Below are positions 41,434-52,368 of a DNA stretch of 64,000 bases, piece by piece; position 1 is the first letter of the stretch, and every line of letters starts with the position of its first letter. The stretch is from contig OY761556.1 in the NCBI GenBank assembly GCA_963664705.1, positions 2,720,001-2,784,000 of the forward strand. Reading direction: 5' to 3'. The translations under genes were made by a program, and so were the position numbers. Below the pieces are notes generated by a model. That model worked only from the letters and a program-made list of their open reading frames with translations. It was not told the DNA's origin and did not search any database. The stretch is from Acidobacteriota bacterium. GTDB taxonomy: Bacteria; Acidobacteriota; UBA6911.

Positions 41434-41743
41434 ATATACTGTTTTGCAGCGGTCCGATGCCTTTGCAATCGGCCCGCTCCTTCCGCATGGGAATTCTGCC
41501 GGTTTGGATCCGCTTTGCCAAAAAACTGAAACCTAATCATTCTGGAAATTTGGATTTTGAAGTAGAATCGCCGGCAAGAGCGCTCGATCCCCAAGCAGAG
41601 CGGCCTGCGGTTGCATCAAAATAAAACACCTGGCATCAGGGCGCGGCTCAGCCTTTTGGCTTCCGGGATCCTGGATGCGTGGTCAGGCGCTCGAAGCGCA
41701 CTATTGATAAGCCCTCAGCATACTGAAACGGGAGAACCGGAAA

Positions 41744-43336
41744 ATGGCAACAGCGCAGCAGCAGACGATTGAACCGGCCAGCGGCCATAGACAGATCACC
41801 TTTGGGCTGGCTGCCGTATTCCTGACCTACTTTGCTCATGGCTACTTCACTCAGATCCTGCTTCCCGCATTGCCCAAGATTACGGCAGACCTTGACGGAA
41901 TGCCCTGGTATTCATGGGGTATCTCGATTCCGCACCTGGGACAGGCCTTTGCAATGCTGATGGTGGGTAAATTGTCCGACATGTACGGACGGCGCGCGCT
42001 TCTGCTGGCATCACTGGCAATCTGCCTGATTGGCACGGTCTGGAGCGCCCTCAGCACAACTTTCATGATGTTTGTCGTTGCCCGCACGGTTCTCTGCCTC
42101 GGGCAGGGGGCGCTGGCACCGCTCGTTTTTTCTGTGCTGGGCGACATGTTCGAACCGGTGGATCGAAGCAGATGGGCCGGCCTTCTCAACATACCGGCAG
42201 GGATCTTTGCTTTTGTAGGCCCTACCCTGGGCGGTTGGTTCGTGGATAATCTCAGCTGGCGCTATATTTTCTGGTGCGGAGCACCTCTCCTTATTATCTG
42301 CCTGGCCGCCGTCCTGTTCGGCTTGACGCGGCGCACACTGCATACGGCTCCCAAAATTGACTCCCGTGGCGCCCTGTCTGCGGCGATAGCCTCTTCAACC
42401 ATGATCCTTGCATTTTCCCTGGCCGGGACACTGTATCCCTGGATATCACTGCCGGTGATCGGATTGCTGGCTGCCTCTATCCTCTGCTGGGTGCTTTTCA
42501 TAAAGACAGAGTCCGGCGCGGAGCAGCCCATACTTGACCTGCAGGTGCTCAAGAATAAGACCGTTGTCACCGTTTCAGCAGCGTGCGTGTTATCCGCCAT
42601 AGGGATGATAGGCATCGGAGTTTATTTGCCACTGATGATGCAGGGCGTTCAGGGAATCAGCGCGACGTTGACCGGAAAAATCATAACTCCCGGCGGCATT
42701 TTAATGGGCTTTCTCGGCGTTCCCACCGGTTTCATACTCGCCCGCACGAAACGCTACAAGTGGATGTATGTTCTGGGTTACGCCCTGACTGTGGTTGCAG
42801 CGTGCCTTCTGGTCTTTTTCAAGGCATCGACTCCCGCCTATGGGGCACTCGTGGTAAACATTATCAGCGGACTGGGTATTGGCGCCATGCCGACTCTCAA
42901 TACCCTTGTGGTTCAATATGCGGTTCCCAAAAGATTGTTGGGGGTAACAACCAGCGCTTTGTTTTTCTTCGTTATGTTCGGCCAATCGATCGCACCGGCA
43001 ATTCTCGGCTCCGCCATGAATACGCGGTACAACAGCGTTTTAAAGGCAACACTTCCGGCGGAGTTGGGCCAATTGGCGAGCGAGGCCACCATGACTTCTC
43101 TGGGCAACCCGCGCGTGCTTCTGTCGGAGCCTGCAATGGCGGCGCTCCGCGAGACTCTCCACAACAGGAGGGACGTCCTGGATCAAACGGTTTCTGCCAT
43201 CCGGACTTCAATGCTATCCAGTCTGAGATTTGTTTTTATCATCGGCGCCGCATGCATGGTGCTTACCCTGCTGATCATATGCACGATTCCCGAAAACTCC
43301 ATCGATGCCCAGATGAAGGACAAAATCCCCAGATAA
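41744..43336 (+). CDS. MFS transporter, DHA2 type
   Basis: GKLSDMYGRR, multiple TM segments. Confidence 0.93.
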   Translation: MATAQQQTIEPASGHRQITFGLAAVFLTYFAHGYFTQILLPALPKITADLDGMPWYSWGISIPHLGQAFAMLMVGKLSDMYGRRALLLASLAICLIGTVWSALSTTFMMFVVARTVLCLGQGALAPLVFSVLGDMFEPVDRSRWAGLLNIPAGIFAFVGPTLGGWFVDNLSWRYIFWCGAPLLIICLAAVLFGLTRRTLHTAPKIDSRGALSAAIASSTMILAFSLAGTLYPWISLPVIGLLAASILCWVLFIKTESGAEQPILDLQVLKNKTVVTVSAACVLSAIGMIGIGVYLPLMMQGVQGISATLTGKIITPGGILMGFLGVPTGFILARTKRYKWMYVLGYALTVVAACLLVFFKASTPAYGALVVNIISGLGIGAMPTLNTLVVQYAVPKRLLGVTTSALFFFVMFGQSIAPAILGSAMNTRYNSVLKATLPAELGQLASEATMTSLGNPRVLLSEPAMAALRETLHNRRDVLDQTVSAIRTSMLSSLRFVFIIGAACMVLTLLIICTIPENSIDAQMKDKIPR

Positions 43337-43412
43337 ATCAACCCTGATTAGGCACACGCAATTCGAAAGTACCGGATACGGCTGCGCATTGTTGATCCCG
43401 CCCGGATGCATT

Positions 43413-43430
43413 TGTCACAGATTTATGACA
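43413..43430. promoter_or_regulatory. Operator copy 6
   Basis: TGTCACAGATTTATGACA, 130 bp upstream of 43561. Confidence 0.7.
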
Positions 43431-43560
43431 TTTATTATGATAAAGTCGCTGGCGCGGTGAAGCACCTCGCAAAGACAGGGATCCCTGCCCTTTGATGTGC
43501 AGTTCCGGCCCCGGGCAACCGGGAGATTGTGCAGACGCTTCGATTACGGGAGGAGACTGA

Positions 43561-45054
43561 ATGCAGAATGACGATCAGAAACCGGTCCGCGTCGACCGAC
43601 GGGATTTTATCAGGGCAACGACACTGGCCGGCATAGCCGGAACTCTCCCCGTATCGAGCCTGGTTGCCCAGGATACGCCAATGCCTTTGAAGCCGAGGAA
43701 TGTCGGAAATACGAGGAAGGTCGCGTTCGTGAGCGATTCGCTGGCGAGTTCCGATAAACTGATCGACTCGATCAAGGCAATCCGGGAATACGCATTTCAG
43801 GTGGTTCCAATCCAGGCAAGTCTTCAGCAGAAGCCGCAGGAAGTGGCCAAGTCCGTACGGGAACTCAGTCCCGATGTTCTTGTGATCCGGCCGACCGTAA
43901 GAACGGCCGTCGGGAATATCGAAAATATCGCGGTTTCCATGGCGGCACTGGATATTCCCATCATACTTCTTCCCGCGAATTTTGATCTGATCATGATGGA
44001 TACCGATATCGTGGCGGCCATGCAGACAAGAGGCGCCAATGCGGTCCTGGCAAGTTCGGAGGCGCACGCAGTCGAGCTGCTGAAAATTTTTGCAGTCCCC
44101 CGGATTCTTGACGGCAAGCAGGCTCTCATTTTCGGCAGACCCTTTGACTCGACCAGCGTACCAATGGGCAATTTAAACAGAGAGTATGTGTATAAGAAAA
44201 CTGGTCTCCGGATTCAGTACCGGCCGGTAGACGATTTATTGCCGCTTTTCGAAAAAGTCAGCGAAGCCAGCGCGATGAAGGAACTGGAACGATGGAAAAA
44301 AGAAGCGGCCAGAGTCCTCGAGCCTTCCGACAAGACAATTCTCGATTCAGCCCGTTTGTATGTATTACTGCGCTCCCTTGTTGAACAGGAAGGCTTGGCG
44401 GCAATCTCTATCGATTGTCTAAGTTTTTCGTTCAGCGGCAAACCACCGCTGCCGCTGCCTTGCCTGGCATTTACCAGGCTGCGGGATGAAGGGGTTACGG
44501 CTCCGTGTGAAGCCGACGTATGCGCTCTTCTTACCTCCATGGTATTGCAGGAAATCAGCCGGAAACCCGCCTACCAGGCCAATCTGGCTGAAGTGGATTT
44601 TCCGAAATCGTTTGCCATTCTCCGTCATTGCGTAGCACCGCTGCAACTAATGGGGCGGGAAGCTCCCCGGCTGGCATACAATCTCCGGGACTATCACGGA
44701 TTAGGGAAAGGGGCCACCGCGGAAGTTGAATTCCCAATGGGAATCGACGTAACGTTGGGATTGTTCAAAAAAGACCTGAAGAGTTTCGTTCTGTGGCCGG
44801 GAAAGACCCAAACCAGAGCTACCGATATAGACCGTCCTATCCTTGCCAATGCGCCGCCCACCACGGTAAAGGTGCGCAAGTATTGCTCGAATCAATTGGC
44901 GGTGAAATTCAAGGACATCCACGGGCTGCACCAAAATTTATCCGGCTGCCATCACGTAATGATTGCCGGACTATATGAAAAAGCCCTCCGGGAGGAAATG
45001 GTGAGGATGGGAGTCCAGATCATCGGGCCGTCAGACATGGCCTCTCCCGCCTAG
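43561..45054 (+). CDS. Tat-signal protein with L-fucose/arabinose isomerase-like fold
   Basis: DRRDFI leader; AISIDCL, PCLAF..L.DEG..APCEAD, HC, GCHH. Confidence 0.75.
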   Translation: MQNDDQKPVRVDRRDFIRATTLAGIAGTLPVSSLVAQDTPMPLKPRNVGNTRKVAFVSDSLASSDKLIDSIKAIREYAFQVVPIQASLQQKPQEVAKSVRELSPDVLVIRPTVRTAVGNIENIAVSMAALDIPIILLPANFDLIMMDTDIVAAMQTRGANAVLASSEAHAVELLKIFAVPRILDGKQALIFGRPFDSTSVPMGNLNREYVYKKTGLRIQYRPVDDLLPLFEKVSEASAMKELERWKKEAARVLEPSDKTILDSARLYVLLRSLVEQEGLAAISIDCLSFSFSGKPPLPLPCLAFTRLRDEGVTAPCEADVCALLTSMVLQEISRKPAYQANLAEVDFPKSFAILRHCVAPLQLMGREAPRLAYNLRDYHGLGKGATAEVEFPMGIDVTLGLFKKDLKSFVLWPGKTQTRATDIDRPILANAPPTTVKVRKYCSNQLAVKFKDIHGLHQNLSGCHHVMIAGLYEKALREEMVRMGVQIIGPSDMASPA

Positions 45055-45326
45055 GGCAAAGCTGCTTCAATAGCAATTCGGCTACGAGAGCCTCTGATCT
45101 CGATATTTTCGGAGAAGGCTTGGGTGTTACAAATGAAGCCCATGTCCTCATCAGATCATTCCGCCTATCGAACCACATAGTTATCAAATAGGCAGCGTCG
45201 ACGCCATTCCTGACTGTATGGACCAGAGATGCTTCAATAACGCTTTTTTTATAGAGTAGATGATTCTTCTTGACTCGCGAATTGTTCGGAGAAATCCTAT
45301 CTCTCTTTTAGGAAAGGAGTTATGAC

Positions 45327-46139
45327 ATGCGTTGGTTCGTATTGTGTCTTGCCATTTGCTCTTGCCCTCTGTGGGCTCAGCGTCCTGATGCCAAGGGCTG
45401 CAAGGAAAACAGTGTCGTTACAAGAATGCCGGGCTGCATCATCACCAGTTGCGAAAATCGCGATTTCGCATCTGCCGATATGCCGCGAAAACAGAACGAA
45501 AGAGGTCATCAGGTTGAGGGGCAATTGGAACGTACCGTGTACTCCTGCCCGAGAGAAAAGTCCCCATTGGAACTGGGCCGCAATACCGAGACCGCGCTCA
45601 AGAATGCCGGGTTTCAGATTTATTATTCCTACGTGTACGGCAGCGGCGGGCGCTTCTATTTGACTGCCCAGAAGGAGTCTCAGTGGGTACATCTGAATGT
45701 CGTTTCGGATTCGTACGAAATCATCGCCCTCAAAGAGAAGGCGATGGAACAGACGATGAAGGCCAATGCTGAAGGATGGGCCGACCAGGTGAACCAGACG
45801 GGAAGAGTATCCGTCTATGGAATCAACTTCGATACCGGCAAGGCTACTATCCGCCCCGAATCGGAGGCCGTTCTGGCGGAAGTGGCCAAAATGCTACAGG
45901 CAAATCTGTCATGGGCAATGCTGGTAGCCGGACACACAGACAATGTTGGCGCAAAAGACATGAACCTGACCCTTTCCCGCCAACGGGCCGAAGCCGTCAG
46001 TGCCTGGCTTTCAGCCAAAGGTGTGGACAAATCGCGCCTGGTTCCCGCCGGGTTTGGAGATACCCGCGCGATAGCGGATAACAAGGACGAGGAAGGCCGA
46101 CAAAAAAACCGGCGGGTCGATTTGATAAAACTCTATTGA
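45327..46139 (+). CDS. OmpA-like peptidoglycan-binding domain protein, secreted
   Basis: GINFDTGKA, GHTDNVG, NLTLSRQRA, NRRVDL. Confidence 0.93.
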   Translation: MRWFVLCLAICSCPLWAQRPDAKGCKENSVVTRMPGCIITSCENRDFASADMPRKQNERGHQVEGQLERTVYSCPREKSPLELGRNTETALKNAGFQIYYSYVYGSGGRFYLTAQKESQWVHLNVVSDSYEIIALKEKAMEQTMKANAEGWADQVNQTGRVSVYGINFDTGKATIRPESEAVLAEVAKMLQANLSWAMLVAGHTDNVGAKDMNLTLSRQRAEAVSAWLSAKGVDKSRLVPAGFGDTRAIADNKDEEGRQKNRRVDLIKLY

Positions 46140-46190
46140 CCCGGGTCGAAGACCGTCAGACTCGAAGCGGCAGTGCTGAGTCCGGAGCAG

Positions 46191-46273
46191 CCTTTTCTGC
46201 TATGCGGAGCCCCTCGGATGATTCCAAACCACAACTTTGGAATCATCCGAGGGGCTCCGCATAGCAGAAAAGG
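46191..46273. repeat. Perfect 38-bp inverted repeat with a 7-nt loop
   Basis: Arms 46191-46228 and 46236-46273 are exact reverse complements. Confidence 0.95.
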
Positions 46274-46377
46274 TGATGCGGAATTCCCGATCGAAGTTAA
46301 AAAATGATGGACCGCATGCCCGCTGTGATATAAGTCCATCCGCACGAATCACGCACAATCTATCGAGGATCCTGTGG

Positions 46378-47550
46378 ATGCGGACCAATAAAACCCTGCT
46401 CAAAATAGCGATTCTTGCAGTTGGTGTTCAGGATATCGGTGGCGGCGCAGCTTCACCAGCGCTGGCCGATATCATGAAGGCTATGCCGAATGTGCTGCCG
46501 ACCACAATAATGCTCATCACCACACTCCCAACTCTCGGCCAGGTAGTCATGAGCTTTGTCTTCGGAAGACTTTCGGAATGTTTTCGCAAAAGGTCCCTGT
46601 TTTTCTGCGCATCCGCCGTATTTCTTGTCTCTGGCCTGGCACCACTGTTCCTCGATAACATCATTCATATCCTGATCTGCCGCTTTATCCTGGGCCTGGC
46701 CATCGGCGTATTTGTTCCTCTGGGTGTTACACTGATTACCGACTTCTATGACGATCCTCGAGAAATCAACCAGATGAACGGCCTTAACATTACCATCGCC
46801 TGCTTTGGCGGGATGGCATTTCAGATGATCGGTGGGTTTCTGGCCAAAACCAACTGGCACTATTGCTTCTTGGCCTATCTATCCAGCATTGTCGTCTTCA
46901 TGATTGTGTTTTTCTGGATGCCCGAACCAATCAAAAAGGAGACGGGACTCACCGCCGTGAAGGAGAAACTTCCAGCCACTATCTACTGGATTGCCATTCT
47001 CTACGGCGTTACCAATATGATCCTGATGTCGATCGTTACGAATAACGCCGTTGCCATTGTTATGAACAGGTATGGCGACGCGGGTACGGCGGGAATTTCG
47101 TTAACCGGCTATACGGCCGGCGGTCTTGTTGGCGGCATCCTGTTCGGGTTCATGGTCCGAGTGCTCAGGCGATATACGCTTTCAACGGGTTATCTGATTG
47201 CCGCGGCAGGCTTCACCGTTGCGTTTATTGCCTCCAATGCCGTGATGATTATTATCGGCACTACTCTGGTTGGCATTTCCTTGGGAACGATTATCCCTGC
47301 TTCGTATGAAAAAATTCAGAGATCGGCGCCGCCAGCCCTCATAGGTGCGGGCATTGGCCTGGCCTGTGCTTTCCAAGGCTTAGGACAATTTTTCCAGGCG
47401 ATTATCTATGATCCTATTCTGAAGGTGATTGGCGGACCCGGCAAGCCTGCGTTCGGTGTCAGCGCCGTTGCGTGCGCCGCGCTCTTTATCCTGGCAGCTC
47501 TCTTGACCGCCATGAAACGAGAAAAGGCCGTCCCATCCAGCTGCCTGTAG
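46378..47550 (+). CDS. MFS transporter (12-TMS)
   Basis: SPALADI, GRLSECFRKR, RFILG; hydrophobic profile. Confidence 0.9.
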   Translation: MRTNKTLLKIAILAVGVQDIGGGAASPALADIMKAMPNVLPTTIMLITTLPTLGQVVMSFVFGRLSECFRKRSLFFCASAVFLVSGLAPLFLDNIIHILICRFILGLAIGVFVPLGVTLITDFYDDPREINQMNGLNITIACFGGMAFQMIGGFLAKTNWHYCFLAYLSSIVVFMIVFFWMPEPIKKETGLTAVKEKLPATIYWIAILYGVTNMILMSIVTNNAVAIVMNRYGDAGTAGISLTGYTAGGLVGGILFGFMVRVLRRYTLSTGYLIAAAGFTVAFIASNAVMIIIGTTLVGISLGTIIPASYEKIQRSAPPALIGAGIGLACAFQGLGQFFQAIIYDPILKVIGGPGKPAFGVSAVACAALFILAALLTAMKREKAVPSSCL

Positions 47551-47561
47551 CGGAAACTAAA

Positions 47562-47593
47562 CAAGGGTAGGACGAGGGGGTCGCCTACCCTTG
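47562..47593. terminator. Bidirectional terminator-like hairpin
   Basis: CAAGGGTAGG / CCTACCCTTG between convergent genes. Confidence 0.6.
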
Positions 47594-47652
47594 AAATTCA
47601 TAGGACACAATCGATTGTCTTATCGCGGGGATCATTTGTTTCGTTAGGAATT

Positions 47653-47928
47653 TCACCCCGTGTCCTCCACATCCTTCACGCTGTTGAGGATTCTCACCAG
47701 GCTCTCTGCTCGCTTCAGATCCAGCCCGTGGATTTTCGTCTCTGATCCAACCGCAATGCCGAACAGGGCTCCATCGGGAATGATCCGGTAGCGATGCGTT
47801 TGGGATGCGGATCCGGGGCGAGCCAATCTCATTCCGTGCAGATCCTTTCCGCAGTGACAACACGAGTCTGTGGAGTCTGGAAGCTCTTTCATGCAGAAAG
47901 GACAAACGCTTCTTCCCGTGTCTTGCAT
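47653..47928 (-). CDS. Small zinc-ribbon hypothetical protein
   Basis: CPFC...CCHC; GGAGG RBS. Confidence 0.65.
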   Translation of the reverse strand: MQDTGRSVCPFCMKELPDSTDSCCHCGKDLHGMRLARPGSASQTHRYRIIPDGALFGIAVGSETKIHGLDLKRAESLVRILNSVKDVEDTG

Positions 47929-48326
47929 AGCCAGTCCTCCATCCAGACGAGGGATTATCCAATAGAGACCTGCTTACAAAACTGAGTCCAGGGAAACTGA
48001 AATATTATACGCCTCTTGAGGGTCTATCATCGAGGATTTTGCGTTACACGCATGAACCATTGCATGGCCGCAGAGCCGGAAATGCCCTGGCACATCCGCT
48101 AGCGATACAAACCGATCCCCATCAAGGCCAGTGAACTTCCACCAGCGCCATAAGAAAAATGCATCAAAACGCCGCAATCTGCGCAAATAATCAATAAAAA
48201 TCAGCTTCTCAGAGTAGCCAATCTTCCATCGATTGCGTACTTGATAGTAAGAGAACGCAAAACTATCGCAAGTATTTGCCGCTTTAAAGACACCGAAAAA
48301 AATGCCAAATGTGAGGGGAAAGAGCC

Positions 48327-49508
48327 ATGGGGATCGGCGCATTTCACAGAATGATTCGGGGATTGACCGGAAAATCGACGAATCACGTTTTCCAGCCTAA
48401 AGAAGCATTGAAAGAGGCGGGGGAATTGGCGGATTCGGCCAAGCCAAAAGACACGATCGTGGGCACTTCATCTGAATCGAATGCTGCCGGTGCCGAGCCT
48501 CCGCCAGATCCTTCGCTGACGTATGAAGCTCGACTGAATGCTCAGATTGAACAGTACCGCCAGGCCAAAAACATACACGAATTGCCTGAAATTTTTCACT
48601 ACTGGTCCAACAAGTTTCTGCGGCCGCGTCTGAATGAGGTTATGGGGGTGGACAGCATCACGGACTTTTATGCCGGCCATTTTGCGCAAGCCTGTGAGCG
48701 AACAGCCTCTTGCCAGCGATCATTTTTAAGCATGGGATCGGGCGACAGCAGTGTCGAGATCGAGGTTGTGAAGCGCCTTCTAGCTTTGGGGCTGCAAACG
48801 TTCAACTTTACTTGCCTGGAAGTATCACCGCCTCTGGTCGACAGAGCCGTTGGCGCGATTCGGAACGAGGGGCTGGAATCGCTGATCCAAATCGAATGCA
48901 TGGACATTAATCACTGGTCGCCGAAACTCAAGTACGCCGGAATAATGGCCAATCATTCCCTTCACCACTTTGTGGAACTCGAGAAGATTTTCGATAACAT
49001 CAAACTGTCGCTGAAGCCCGGCGGCTTTTTCGTAACGAATGACATGATTGGCCGCAATGGCCATATGCGCTGGCCGGAAGCGCTGGAAGTCATTGAGGGG
49101 CTCTGGGCATTTCTTCCCGACCGATTCAAATATAATTGGCAGCTCAGTCGACTGGAAAAGCAATTCATCAACTGGGATTGCTCCAACGAAGGGTTCGAGG
49201 CCGTGCGTTCCCAGGATATCCTGCCTCTTCTCGTACCGCGATTTGCATTCAAGTCCTTTCTTGCTTTTGGCGGGATCATCGATGTCTTTACAGACAGGGC
49301 TTTCGGCCACAACTATGATCCCACGCAGGAGAGTCACCGGGCATTCATCGATTTTGTCAATTACATGAACGATGTTCTTATCGATAGTGGCACATTGAAA
49401 CCGACAACGGTGTTTGCAGTGCTCAGCGCCGATCCGACTGCGGAAACCAGACAATGGCGCCATTGGAGTCCGCTCTTCTCCATGCGGAAGCCTGAGCTTA
49501 TCGGCTGA
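48327..49508 (+). CDS. Class I SAM-dependent methyltransferase
   Basis: LSMGSG, CLEVS, HSLHH, LKPGG; start codon uncertain. Confidence 0.85.
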   Translation: MGIGAFHRMIRGLTGKSTNHVFQPKEALKEAGELADSAKPKDTIVGTSSESNAAGAEPPPDPSLTYEARLNAQIEQYRQAKNIHELPEIFHYWSNKFLRPRLNEVMGVDSITDFYAGHFAQACERTASCQRSFLSMGSGDSSVEIEVVKRLLALGLQTFNFTCLEVSPPLVDRAVGAIRNEGLESLIQIECMDINHWSPKLKYAGIMANHSLHHFVELEKIFDNIKLSLKPGGFFVTNDMIGRNGHMRWPEALEVIEGLWAFLPDRFKYNWQLSRLEKQFINWDCSNEGFEAVRSQDILPLLVPRFAFKSFLAFGGIIDVFTDRAFGHNYDPTQESHRAFIDFVNYMNDVLIDSGTLKPTTVFAVLSADPTAETRQWRHWSPLFSMRKPELIG

Positions 49509-49510
49509 AA

Positions 49511-49954
49511 TTATCGCGCACCCGGCTTCGTTCGCATCGCCAGCATCGGCCGGAATGCGCTTCTGTATGCCCTAGCCAGGTAGATCTCCAGAACCAGCAC
49601 GGCCAGCGCAAGGGGTAATCCAGAAGGCAAAAGAAAAACATGAAAGGTGATGATGCCGATAATGACCGGAGCGATGAGCGCAAGCGCTAAGGGGACGAAA
49701 CGGTTCGCCAAAAGCAGGATTCCCACGATCACCTGCGTTCCCATGATCAGCCGAAACATATATCCGCTCTGCAGCAATGCCGCAATAAATGCCGCGGCCT
49801 TTTCCGGCATGGGGGCTTTGGGTTGCGGAAGGAAGTTGAAAAACCCATTGAGGCCGGTGATGGCAAACACCAATCCCATAAGGATTCTGGCGATGACAGG
49901 AATATAGACAGCTGATCGTCTTTTATTTTGTTCTTCTACATCTACGTAGTTCAT
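49511..49954 (-). CDS. DoxX-family membrane protein
   Basis: ARILMGLVF..GLNGFF, RFVPLAL..IAP, FH. Confidence 0.85.
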   Translation of the reverse strand: MNYVDVEEQNKRRSAVYIPVIARILMGLVFAITGLNGFFNFLPQPKAPMPEKAAAFIAALLQSGYMFRLIMGTQVIVGILLLANRFVPLALALIAPVIIGIITFHVFLLPSGLPLALAVLVLEIYLARAYRSAFRPMLAMRTKPGAR

Positions 49955-50277
49955 AGCAGTCTTGCCAAATAAGTATTGCAGTTTCCCGCCTCTCATTACA
50001 GAGTGATTCGCTCCAGCCACTCAACCCATTGCCTTCACGATACTCACAGTTCCGCATGGACTTTGCTATTCAAATGATATACCAATAAACAACAGGCTCA
50101 TTCACCAGAAGATATCCTTGTTGGATTTATTCCGGTTCCAAATCCCGTCCTGCTTTCCGCACCTTTAGGAAACCCGGTGCGGCCAATTCTCCAGTTGTCC
50201 GGTACGAATCTGTCACTATCGCATCAACTATCTGACTTGAGATCTCGCATTTTCAATTCTTTGGTGAGGATAATTCC

Positions 50278-50757
50278 ATGAGAAAACACATTCTCGTCCT
50301 TGCAGTAACGATGGCACTCGTCTCAGTGATTTCAACAACGGCTCTCGCGGCGGATCCAATTGTGGGGACATGGAAAACCAATGCCTCCAAATCAAAACTT
50401 GCGCCGGTTGGAAATTGGTTAAAGGAAGCCACGATGATGTTTCGAGAGGGAGGAAACCTGCTTTGGGTGGAAATTAAGGGTACGAATGTAAACGGCACGC
50501 CGTATGTAAGCAAAGGCAACCGTCCGTTGCCAGGCGGGATTGTCAAAAGCGAGCCACCGGCTGCCCAGGGAACCTCTCTCTATGTAACGGTAATAGGGCC
50601 GGGAGACGCCTATCTGACCACGTTCCAGAATGGGAACCAGACGGTTCTCGACCACTATGTCGTCAGTAAAGATGGGAAGACCTTAAGCTGGACATCCAAA
50701 GGTATGGACGAAAAAGGCAAACCCGCTGAGGCTCTATACATACTGGACAGGCAATAG
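50278..50757 (+). CDS. Secreted beta-barrel (lipocalin-like) hypothetical protein
   Basis: Signal peptide, ADPIVGTWKTNASKSK, VSKDGKTL; related to 53082. Confidence 0.8.
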   Translation: MRKHILVLAVTMALVSVISTTALAADPIVGTWKTNASKSKLAPVGNWLKEATMMFREGGNLLWVEIKGTNVNGTPYVSKGNRPLPGGIVKSEPPAAQGTSLYVTVIGPGDAYLTTFQNGNQTVLDHYVVSKDGKTLSWTSKGMDEKGKPAEALYILDRQ

Positions 50758-50824
50758 CAAATTTCCTAGGCTCAGTAAGCAGGGGCTCTTCATTCTGAAC
50801 TAAAATCCAGAAGGCTCGATCTTT

Positions 50825-50981
50825 CGCCCCTTCGGGGCTCTTTGTCGCGGTTATCTCTACCGGGGGTTCGCTACGCTTCACCCCCGGCTATTTTCTGACC
50901 GCCCCTCCGGGGCTGATTTGATTGCGATTCCGGGTTCCTTGAGCAAATAGCATGCGGCATCAGCCGGGACGGCTGCGTCCC
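50825..50981. repeat. REP-like cluster, family B (GCCCCTTCGGGGC and CCGGGGGTTCGCTACGCTTCACCCCCGG hairpins) plus a tail repeated at 52703-52768
   Basis: Three hairpins; 50903-50968 vs 52703-52768 match at 61/66. Confidence 0.8.
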
Positions 50982-51201
50982 CAGCGTGCAATTCTAAAAG
51001 AGTCGTGACCGTTGAGGTCTCCGAGTGCGGATTGTGCTGCTGCATAACAATTGTTCTGAGCTCTGCGACGCGAGAGAAGCACCAGGCCCGGAGGGCAAGT
51101 AGACATAATGGAGTGATCGGTCTCTAGCATGTAATATCGTGGGTTACAGCTGAAGTCGTGGTGACGAAGCTGCAGAGCCATAAAACATGAGGAGACCGAT
51201 C

Positions 51202-52296
51202 ATGGCAGATTGTATCACTTGGGTAGGGATGGATGATTCAGCAAAAAAGATAAACGTCGCAATTTTTCGCGGGCAGGAAAGTAACCCTCGAGAAGAACTT
51301 GTTGTATCAAACGACAGTACGGGGCTGGGTCGGTTAGCGAAAAAGCTAAGGGCATTTGAAGATGATGTACGGTGCGTCTACGAAGCGGGCGTTAATGGAT
51401 ACTATTTGCAGCGCTATTTGGCCAAACATGGGATTTCTTGTGAGGTTGCGGCCCCTTCGTTGACTCCGAGACGAGCGGGGAAAAAAGTAAAAACGGATAA
51501 GCTGGATGCGAAAGCCTTGGGCAAATTGTACCGAGCGGGAGAACTAACATGTATTGTGATCCCGCAAAAAGAACAGGAAAGTCTGCGAGATCTGGTGCGT
51601 GCGCGAGAAGACGCATTGGAAGACCAGCAGCGAGCACGGCATCGATTAGCACGGTTTCTGATGCGACGTGGATTGAAATATCCGCAGGGCAAGAACTGGT
51701 CGCTTGGGCACCTAAAGTGGATTAAGAGCCTTGTGTTTGAGGATGATGGGGATCAAACAGTACTGGAGGAATATCGACAGGCGCTTGAGCAACAGACGGA
51801 GCGGTTGAAAACATTCCAGGGAAAAATCGAGGAAGTTGCAAAACAGCCGAACTATCAAAAGCGAGTCAGCTATTTGATGGCGCTAAAAGGCGTTCAGGTT
51901 CTGACGGCGATGACGATTATCGCAGAAGCGCTCGATTTAAGACGGTTCGTTGATGCGCCTTCGTTTATGGCCGCTATTGGGGTGGTGCCTTCGGAAAGCA
52001 GCTCAGGTGAACTTGAAAGACGGGGAAGGATAACCAAAACGGGAAACAGCCACCTACGTAGGGTGCTGATCGAAAGCGCCTGGCACTACCGTCATTCTTC
52101 AGTAGCTGGCAAAACTCTCAAGAAACGACGAGAGTGTTTGCCGGCAGAAGTTATCGAGATTGCACAACGTTGCGATAAGCGATTGAATCAAAAATTCCGA
52201 CGCATGCTCAACCGAGGGAAAGAAAGACAAAAGATCGCGGTTGCGGTAAGTCGAGAATTGGCAGGATTTATCTGGGCTATCGGTCGTGTTGCATGA
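51202..52296 (+). CDS. IS110-family DEDD recombinase/transposase
   Basis: VGMD, YEAG, KTDKLDA, PSESSSG, ITKTGN..LR..LIE; AGGAG RBS. Confidence 0.95.
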   Translation: MADCITWVGMDDSAKKINVAIFRGQESNPREELVVSNDSTGLGRLAKKLRAFEDDVRCVYEAGVNGYYLQRYLAKHGISCEVAAPSLTPRRAGKKVKTDKLDAKALGKLYRAGELTCIVIPQKEQESLRDLVRAREDALEDQQRARHRLARFLMRRGLKYPQGKNWSLGHLKWIKSLVFEDDGDQTVLEEYRQALEQQTERLKTFQGKIEEVAKQPNYQKRVSYLMALKGVQVLTAMTIIAEALDLRRFVDAPSFMAAIGVVPSESSSGELERRGRITKTGNSHLRRVLIESAWHYRHSSVAGKTLKKRRECLPAEVIEIAQRCDKRLNQKFRRMLNRGKERQKIAVAVSRELAGFIWAIGRVA

Positions 52297-52368
52297 CATA
52301 AGGCACCAGCTCTTGCAGCTATTTTGTTCTTCAATGGATTAATAACGGAAACATTCGGTTAGTGAACG

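Noticed and set aside
46237-46377. N-terminal extension of the MFS ORF
   Set aside because: Begins inside the 38-bp inverted repeat and is not MFS-like; ATG 46378 preferred.
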